Part shown: one piece after another, positions 38,236 through 43,866 of the stretch | How the letters are laid out: each line of letters begins with the position of its first letter | How positions within the stretch are numbered: the first letter of the stretch is position 1 | From: Vicinamibacterales bacterium | GTDB lineage: Bacteria > Acidobacteriota > Vicinamibacteria > Vicinamibacterales > 2-12-FULL-66-21 | Direction: 5' to 3' | Length of the DNA stretch: 43,866 nucleotides | Assembly: GCA_035711845.1 (NCBI GenBank) | Contig: DASTBU010000136.1 | Span: 1 to 43,866 of the forward strand | The notes under the pieces: model-generated | What the model saw: only the letters and a program-made list of their open reading frames with translations | What the model was told of the DNA's origin: nothing | Database searches by the model: none | Position numbers and translations under genes: made by a program

Positions 38236-39103
38236 CCGTCTCGTTCCCTTCCCCGACCCACTTCTTCGCAATGGCGACCGCCATCTGCCGCACGCGGAGG
38301 ATGTACGCGGTGCGCTCGGTCACTCCGATGCCGCCGCTTGCGTCGAGCAGGTTGAACATGTGCGAGCACTTGAGGCAGTAGTCGAGCGCCGGCAGCACCA
38401 GACCGGATCGCAGCAGCGTTCCGGCAAGCGTGTAGTACTGATCGAACATCGTTCGATGAAGCGCGTGCAGCTCCGCGGCCGGCATGTCCACCTGGCCGAA
38501 CGCGTACTTCGACTGCTCCACTTCGTCGCGATGGCGTACATCCCCATATTTCACACCCGGCGCCCACTCGAGATCGAAGACGTCGGCCACGTCCTGGAGC
38601 GCCATGGCGAATCGCTCGAGTCCATAGGTCAACTCGACGGAGATCGGCGTCAGATCGATGCCACCAGCCTGCTGGAAGTAGGTGAACTGGGTGATTTCCT
38701 GGCCGTCGAAGAGCACCTGCCAGCCGATGCCCCAGGCGCCGAGGGTCGGGGATTCCCAGTTGTCTTCCTCGAATCGCACGTCGTGCGCGCGCAAATCGAT
38801 CCCGCACGCCTCGAGGCTTTGCAGATACAGCGCCTGCACATCGTCGGGCGCCGGCTTCAGAACGACCTGAAACTGGTGATGTTTGAAGAGCCGGTTGGGA
38901 TTCTCACCAAAGCGGCCGTCAGCGGGCCGGCGCGATGGCTGGACGTACGCCACGCTCCAGTGGGCAGGGCCGAGGACGCGGAGAAACGTCTCGGGGTGCA
39001 TCGTCCCGGCGCCCAACTCGATGTCGAGAGGCTGCTGAATCAAACAGCCGCGTGAGCCCCAGAACTCCGACAGCTTGAACACCAGTTGTTGCAGCGTGAC
39101 CAT
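38225..39103 (-). CDS. glyQ: Glycine--tRNA ligase alpha subunit
   Basis: [42 protein letters not shown]... Highly conserved. Confidence 0.95.
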   Translation of the reverse strand: MVTLQQLVFKLSEFWGSRGCLIQQPLDIELGAGTMHPETFLRVLGPAHWSVAYVQPSRRPADGRFGENPNRLFKHHQFQVVLKPAPDDVQALYLQSLEACGIDLRAHDVRFEEDNWESPTLGAWGIGWQVLFDGQEITQFTYFQQAGGIDLTPISVELTYGLERFAMALQDVADVFDLEWAPGVKYGDVRHRDEVEQSKYAFGQVDMPAAELHALHRTMFDQYYTLAGTLLRSGLVLPALDYCLKCSHMFNLLDASGGIGVTERTAYILRVRQMAVAIAKKWVGEGNETDGS

Positions 39104-39111
39104 TCGCGAGA

Positions 39112-39864
39112 TTATCGGGCCTGGCGCATTTCACGGAGGACCCGGGCTGATTTGAGCTCCTTTTCGAGGTGCAGGCTGATCAACCGCCGGTGCGCGGTTT
39201 CGAGCTCCTGCGACGCGCCGGAGGTCAGCGGCATGCGGCCGAGCTGCTCGGGCCCCAGCCGCCCGGCGGCCAGCAGGAACCCCACGGCTTCGGGCGACAG
39301 CCTGCTGCCGCTGGTGCCAGGCGCACACGAGCCGCAGACGAACACGTGCTCGCGCGGTGGCATCACGACCCCGGCGCGGCGGTCGAACAACGTGCCGCAG
39401 GCACTGCACGCCAGACCGGGATAGACGCCCTGCAGCCGGAGCAGCCAGTACTCGAAGTAGCGCGCCAGGGGTTCGACCGCTCCCCCGGCAGCAACCGCGC
39501 CGAGCATCGAGGCGCCGAGCCTGAACAACCGTTCGTCGGCGTGCGCTTCGGGCGCCCACTCGTCGATCAACTCGGCGAAATATCCCACGTGTCCGAGCGC
39601 CTCTGCCGTGGCCGCCGACAGCGGCGACTGTACGGGCTCGACGTAGTTCAACCGCACGAGATCACGCTGCTCGCGCTCGTAATAGGCGACGCCCGCGCGC
39701 GTCATGGGCTCGAGCGCGCCGATGTACCTCGACCGCGGCCTCCGCGCCCCCTTGGCAACACCCCGCTTCTTCCCCCGATCCCGGGTCAGAAAGACGACTA
39801 TCCGATCGGCTTCACCCAGCTTGTATGTGCGGAGAATCAGCGCGTCGGCGGTGTAGACGGGCAT
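39112..39864 (-). CDS. recO: DNA repair protein RecO
   Basis: [34 protein letters not shown]-fold and a Cys4 zinc motif (CSACG...CGSC). The ATG at 39862-39864 abuts the TGAATGC array. Confidence 0.85.
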   Translation of the reverse strand: MPVYTADALILRTYKLGEADRIVVFLTRDRGKKRGVAKGARRPRSRYIGALEPMTRAGVAYYEREQRDLVRLNYVEPVQSPLSAATAEALGHVGYFAELIDEWAPEAHADERLFRLGASMLGAVAAGGAVEPLARYFEYWLLRLQGVYPGLACSACGTLFDRRAGVVMPPREHVFVCGSCAPGTSGSRLSPEAVGFLLAAGRLGPEQLGRMPLTSGASQELETAHRRLISLHLEKELKSARVLREMRQAR

Positions 39865-39871
39865 GGGAGTG

Positions 39872-40075
39872 CTGAGTTCTGAATGCTGAATGCTGAATGC
39901 TGAATGCTGAATGCCAAAAATGCCAACTGCTGCCGAATCGCTCGCCCTTTGCTGAACGTCATTACACCCCACATTCAGCACTCAGCATTCAACATTCAGC
40001 ATTCCCTTGAATCGCTTGCCTCCTGCTGAACGTCATCCCAATTCAGCATTCAGCATTCGACATTCAGCATTCATT
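39872..40075. repeat. (TGAATGC)x5 - spacer - inverted (ATTCAGC)x4 - duplicated spacer - inverted x4
   Basis: Direct reading. The 30-bp spacer GAATCGCT(C/T)GCC..TGCTGAACGTCAT occurs twice. Fills the whole mgtE-stop to recO-start gap. Confidence 0.9.
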
Positions 40076-41449
40076 TTACCCCGTCAGCTGCAAGTACCTG
40101 ATGAACAACGTCGCGAGGCCGAGGAACGAGAAAAACCCGAACACGTCGGTCAGCGTCGTGATGAACACGGACGAGGCCAGCGCGGGATCGACCTTCAGCG
40201 CTCTGAGCGACAGGGGGATCAACGTGCCTGCCGTCGCTGCCACGAACATGTTGATGATCATCGCCATCCCGAGGATCACGCCCAGCCACGGATCGCCCTG
40301 CGCGATCCAGACGACGAGTCCACCGATCAACCCGCAGGCGAGGCCGTTGGCCACGCCAACGGCAGCCTCCTTGAACAACGCCTTGCGCGAGTTGCCCCAC
40401 GTGAGCTCGCCGAGCGCAATCCCGCGGACGATGACGGTCAGTGTCTGCGTGGCGGCGTTCCCGCCCATGCCGGCGACGACCGGCATGAAGAACGCCACGG
40501 CCGTGTAGACGGTAATCGTGTTCTGAAACAGGGCGACGACGGAGGCGGCCGCGAAGGCGGTCACGAGGTTGACGAGCAGCCATGGGAGTCGCTTGCGGAA
40601 GGATTCGCGGGCGGGCGTGAACACCCGATCGTCGCTCGACACGCCCGCGAGTCGATAGACGTCCTCGGTCGCCTCGTCCTTGATGACGTCGATGACGTCG
40701 TCCACCGTGATCACGCCGACCAGCTTGTTCTCCTCGTCGACGACGGGGATCGCGAGGAGGTTGTAGGACGCGACCTGTCGCGCGACTTCCTCCTGATCCA
40801 TGTCCGCGCGGACGCTGATCAGATCCGTCGTCATGATCCGCTTCAGGGGCGTGGTCGGCGGGACCAGCAGCAGCCGGCGCAGCGAAACCACCCCTACGAG
40901 GTGTCGCCGCGCATCGATCACATAGAGATAGAACACCATCTCCACGTCGCGCGCACCCTGGACGGCAGTGATCGCTTCCCCGGCCGTGATGTCCTCCGAA
41001 AGTGCGAACACTTTCGGGTTCATGATGCGGCCGGCCGTCTGCTCCTTGTATTCCAGCAGCTCGCCGACGTCGCCGCCTGCCGGCCGTTTCTGGATCAGCT
41101 CCAGGACGGCAGCCGACAGCTCCTTTGGAAGGTAGTCGATGATCGCGGCGGCGTCGTCGGAGGGGAGCTCCTGCGTCAGCTTGACGATGTCTTCGCCGGA
41201 TCGATCGGCGAGGAGCGCCGCGCCCGCTTCGGGGCCGAGCTCGCTCAAGGCCTCCATCGCGAGCCGGCTGTTGCGTTCGACGAGCAGCGAAAACGCCGAA
41301 TGCCGGTCCTTTTCAGGCAGCTCGGAGAAGAGCTGCGCGAGGTCCGCGGGGTGCTGTTTTTGAAGAAGGTTCACCAGGTTGGACGTCGCCCCCATGCGCT
41401 GGAGGCGCTTCACGGAGTCGAGCACGACATCGAGCTTGCGCTGGGTCAT
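40076..41449 (-). CDS. mgtE: Magnesium transporter MgtE
   Basis: N-terminal domain, tandem CBS domains, and a C-terminal 5-TM MgtE channel. ATG at 41447-41449. Confidence 0.9.
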   Translation of the reverse strand: MTQRKLDVVLDSVKRLQRMGATSNLVNLLQKQHPADLAQLFSELPEKDRHSAFSLLVERNSRLAMEALSELGPEAGAALLADRSGEDIVKLTQELPSDDAAAIIDYLPKELSAAVLELIQKRPAGGDVGELLEYKEQTAGRIMNPKVFALSEDITAGEAITAVQGARDVEMVFYLYVIDARRHLVGVVSLRRLLLVPPTTPLKRIMTTDLISVRADMDQEEVARQVASYNLLAIPVVDEENKLVGVITVDDVIDVIKDEATEDVYRLAGVSSDDRVFTPARESFRKRLPWLLVNLVTAFAAASVVALFQNTITVYTAVAFFMPVVAGMGGNAATQTLTVIVRGIALGELTWGNSRKALFKEAAVGVANGLACGLIGGLVVWIAQGDPWLGVILGMAMIINMFVAATAGTLIPLSLRALKVDPALASSVFITTLTDVFGFFSFLGLATLFIRYLQLTG

Positions 41450-41675
41450 CGGCGGTCCGAGTCCGGTGAAAGATAACTGTTCAATGTAACACGAAGTTAC
41501 GGACTCAATCACGCGGGAAATCGCATCGATAGGCGCGAATCTGCGCGAATCTTCACGTATGGATATGCGTGGTCCGCAGCGTCCGCCGGCGGCAGTCCAC
41601 GGAAGACCCCGGGCGAGGCCTCGCCAATGCTTCTTGAATGCTGCTTATCGTCTGGCCCACTGGGCACGGCACGGC

Positions 41676-41717
41676 TTGACATACTACTACCGTGGACGTT
41701 ATAATACCGTCACGGTA
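41676..41717 (+). promoter_or_regulatory. Putative sigma70 promoter (TTGACA-18-TATAAT) with a 6-1-6 palindrome TACCGTcACGGTA immediately downstream
   Basis: TTGACA 41676-41681, TATAAT 41700-41705, palindrome 41705-41717. Lies 17-58 bp upstream of the padR ATG. A candidate autoregulatory PadR operator. Confidence 0.45.
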
Positions 41718-41733
41718 TTACTCAGGATGGAAT

Positions 41734-42066
41734 ATGGCACGTCGTGATGATGTTGCGGATCTCGAGGAGTTCGGCCGGTTCGCCGAGCCGGCGCTGCTGA
41801 TCTTGATCAGCCTGGCCGACGGCCCTAAACACGGCTACGCGATCACCGAAGACATCGCCCACTTCGCGCGCGTCCGCTTTGGACCCGGATCGCTCTACGG
41901 CGCCATCGCTCGACTCGAATCGCGCGGCCTCATCGAGGCGCTCGATGCGGACGAGCGGCGCAATCCGTACCAACTCACGGCAATCGGCGAGACGGCGCTG
42001 CGCGCCCGCCTCGCCAGCATGCAGGCCGTTGCAAAGGTCGGCCAGAAGCGGCTGGCCCACGCGTGA
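41734..42066 (+). CDS. PadR-family transcriptional regulator
   Basis: 110 aa with a winged-HTH (LLILISLADGPKHGYAITEDI...GPGSLYGAIARLESRGLIE). AGGATGG RBS. Confidence 0.85.
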   Translation: MARRDDVADLEEFGRFAEPALLILISLADGPKHGYAITEDIAHFARVRFGPGSLYGAIARLESRGLIEALDADERRNPYQLTAIGETALRARLASMQAVAKVGQKRLAHA

Positions 42067-42572
42067 CCTGGTTGATCAAGCTCTATCCCCCGGCGTGGCG
42101 ACGCCGCTACGGCCCGGAGCTGGAGGAACTCATCGCCGCCCAGCCAGCGTCGTTCGCTACGGCGATCGATCTGGTCGCTGCCGCCATCGATGCCTGGCTC
42201 AACCCTCGGTTGCCGACGGCCGTCGCAGCCGCCGATGCGAAAGGAGCACGAACAATGGTCCCTCAGATACTGCAACTCAAATGCGCGGGGTATGGTCCGA
42301 ACGTCACGCGTGCCGACAGCTTCAAAGCCGCCGCAGTGACGCTGGGCGGAACTCTTGCGCTGGTGCTGGTGTGGATGTGGGCGACAGCGCAGTACGGAGG
42401 CAACCCGTACATCGAAACAATCGGTCTCTTTTCGTGGATTCCGCCGATGCTCTTCGGCCTCCGCTACACATCTTTGAAGGGGCGCCCGGGCCGGGTGCAG
42501 GCGGTGTTCATCGCGGCCAACACGGCGATTGTGATCGCCATCGCTCTGGGAGCCGCGTGGCTCAACAGCTGA
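42063..42572 (+). CDS. Small membrane protein with 'permease-prefix' N-terminal domain (LIKLYPPAWRRRYG), PadR-coupled
   Basis: GTG start overlapping the padR stop. The prefix motif is typical of PadR-associated FtsX-like permeases, but here it is followed by only ~3 TM helices (169 aa total). Confidence 0.55.
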   Translation: MTWLIKLYPPAWRRRYGPELEELIAAQPASFATAIDLVAAAIDAWLNPRLPTAVAAADAKGARTMVPQILQLKCAGYGPNVTRADSFKAAAVTLGGTLALVLVWMWATAQYGGNPYIETIGLFSWIPPMLFGLRYTSLKGRPGRVQAVFIAANTAIVIAIALGAAWLNS

Positions 42573-42632
42573 TGCGATCGCCAGGCGAGAAGAGCATGAA
42601 ATCGCGCGATCGAGCTGATCCATGCCTGAAGG

Positions 42633-43547
42633 TCATCCCCGTCTGGCCGTTCCTCGGGCAGTTTTCGGGACGTTGAGGTCGTCGAGGACGCGTTCGTTGT
42701 TCCGCCAGTCGGGGTTCACCTTGACGCGAAGATCGAGGAACACCCGCGTCTCGAAGAACTGCTCGAGGTCGCGCCGGGCCTCGGTGCCGATCGTCTTGAT
42801 CATCTCACCGCGTCGCCCGATGACAATGGCCTTCTGGGACTCCTGCTCGACGAAGATCGTGCAGTACAGCCGCAGGATACTGTCCCGCTCGCTCTCGTCG
42901 AACTGATCGACGATGACCGCGGTCGAGAACGGAAGCTCGGCCCGGGTATGCTGCAGCACCTTCTCGCGGACCATCTCGGCGACGATGGCGCGTTCCGGCT
43001 GATCGGTGAGGAAATCCGCCGGATAGATGGGATCGCCCTCGGGCAGCTGCGCGAGCAGCGCCTGCTCCAGTTGCTCGATGCCGTCGCCGGTCACCGCCGA
43101 CACGGGAACGATCGCGGCAAACGAGTGCCACCGCTGCGCCTGCTCGATGAGCGGGAGCAGCCTGGGCTTGGCGATCAGGTCGATCTTGTTGAGCACGAGG
43201 ATCACTGGCGCCTTGACACCGGCGAGCAGCCTCGACACGTACTCATCGCCGCGCCCCGGCTTGCTCGACGCGTCGAAAACCAGGACCACGACATCGACCT
43301 CCCGCAGGGTCTCGACCGCCGCGTCAACCATCCGCACGTTCAGCCGGTGCAGCGGACGGTGAATGCCGGGCGTATCGACGAACACAATCTGGCTGTCGCC
43401 AATGTTCTTGACGGCCAGAATCCGCGTCCGCGTGGTCTGCGGCTTGTCGGAGACGATGGCGACCTTGGTGCCAACGATGCGATTGAGAAGCGTGGACTTG
43501 CCCGCATTTGGCCGGCCCACCAGTGATGCGAATCCGCAACGCGACAT
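42633..43547 (-). CDS. era: GTPase Era
   Basis: G1 GRPNAGKST, G3 DTPG, G4 NKID, and a C-terminal KH domain. Confidence 0.9.
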   Translation of the reverse strand: MSRCGFASLVGRPNAGKSTLLNRIVGTKVAIVSDKPQTTRTRILAVKNIGDSQIVFVDTPGIHRPLHRLNVRMVDAAVETLREVDVVVLVFDASSKPGRGDEYVSRLLAGVKAPVILVLNKIDLIAKPRLLPLIEQAQRWHSFAAIVPVSAVTGDGIEQLEQALLAQLPEGDPIYPADFLTDQPERAIVAEMVREKVLQHTRAELPFSTAVIVDQFDESERDSILRLYCTIFVEQESQKAIVIGRRGEMIKTIGTEARRDLEQFFETRVFLDLRVKVNPDWRNNERVLDDLNVPKTARGTARRG

Positions 43548-43552
43548 CGATC

Positions 43553-43866
43553 GGTCCCTCGTCCCTCGATCCCATGGTCCCTGGTCCCTCGGTCCCTCGG
43601 TCCTGGGTCCCTGGTCCGGGTCCCGGGGTCCCTGGTCCGGGTCCGGGGTCCCTGGTCCGGGTCCCGGGTCCCTGGTCCGGTCGCGGGGTCCCTGGTCCGG
43701 TCGCGGGGTCCCTGGTCCCTCGGTCCTTCAATCTCGGGTCCCTCACGAACGGGGTGCGACTCGAGACCGGGGACTCAGGAGCAGCGACCCCGGACCGAGG
43801 GACCCCGGACCGAGGGACCCCGGACCGAGGGACCCCGGACCGAGGGACCCCAGACCGAGGGACCCC
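43553..43866. repeat. Second copy of the GGTCCCT / CCGGACCGAGGGACC composite inverted repeat family (runs off the window end)
   Basis: Left arm GGTCCCTGGTCCGGGTCCCGG repeats; centre containing GGGGACTCAGGAGCAGCGACC; right arm (CCGGACCGAGGGACC)x5. Same unit and same GGGACTCAGGA centre motif as the 22.4-kb locus. Confidence 0.9.

Noticed and set aside
33694-38355. 1553-aa plus-strand ORF
   Set aside because: It is antisense to ppdK and glyS, which are unmistakably conserved. The long open frame is a GC-content artefact.

Overview
This is a high-GC (~68%) bacterial chromosomal segment. The PadR regulator followed by a 'permease-prefix' membrane protein hints at an Acidobacteriota-like genome, but that is inference. 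Most genes are housekeeping and mostly encoded on the minus strand. In order they are: MscS channel; a nucleoside/pentose salvage block (deoC-rpiB-hpt, an amidohydrolase/deaminase, upp); a small citrate-synthase-family (citryl-CoA-lyase-like) gene; tRNA-Val(CAC) followed by a decayed integrated islet (frameshifted integrase remnant, lipocalin-like secreted protein, ~800 bp of eroded DNA, DHFR-family gene, IS5-family transposase remnant); DUF948/YtxH; mlaDFE; uvrB; a VWA protein and a ~900-aa secreted beta-barrel-like protein; a DHH/NrnA phosphoesterase with an extra N-terminal Rossmann-like domain; a MetB/MetC-family PLP enzyme; a patatin-like pseudo-enzyme; greA; a TrmH-family methyltransferase; rarA; an S1 protease; flotillin with NfeD; mutL; corA; ppdK; glyS/glyQ; recO; mgtE; PadR with a small membrane protein; and era. 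The most unusual feature is a family of at least seven intergenic elements built from short (mostly exactly 7 bp, some 7-8 bp) tandem repeats in inverted palindromic blocks. Each locus has a different unit (GAAGGCT, CGTNGTN/TCGCACG, GGTCCCT/GGGACCGAGGGACCC, CAGTTTC, TGAATGC). Each abuts a gene boundary (right-flanking gene start 0-20 bp away at five loci). Two of the loci (22.4 kb and 43.6 kb) are diverged copies of one dispersed family. No CRISPR array, rRNA or bacterial microcompartment (BMC) shell genes are present.
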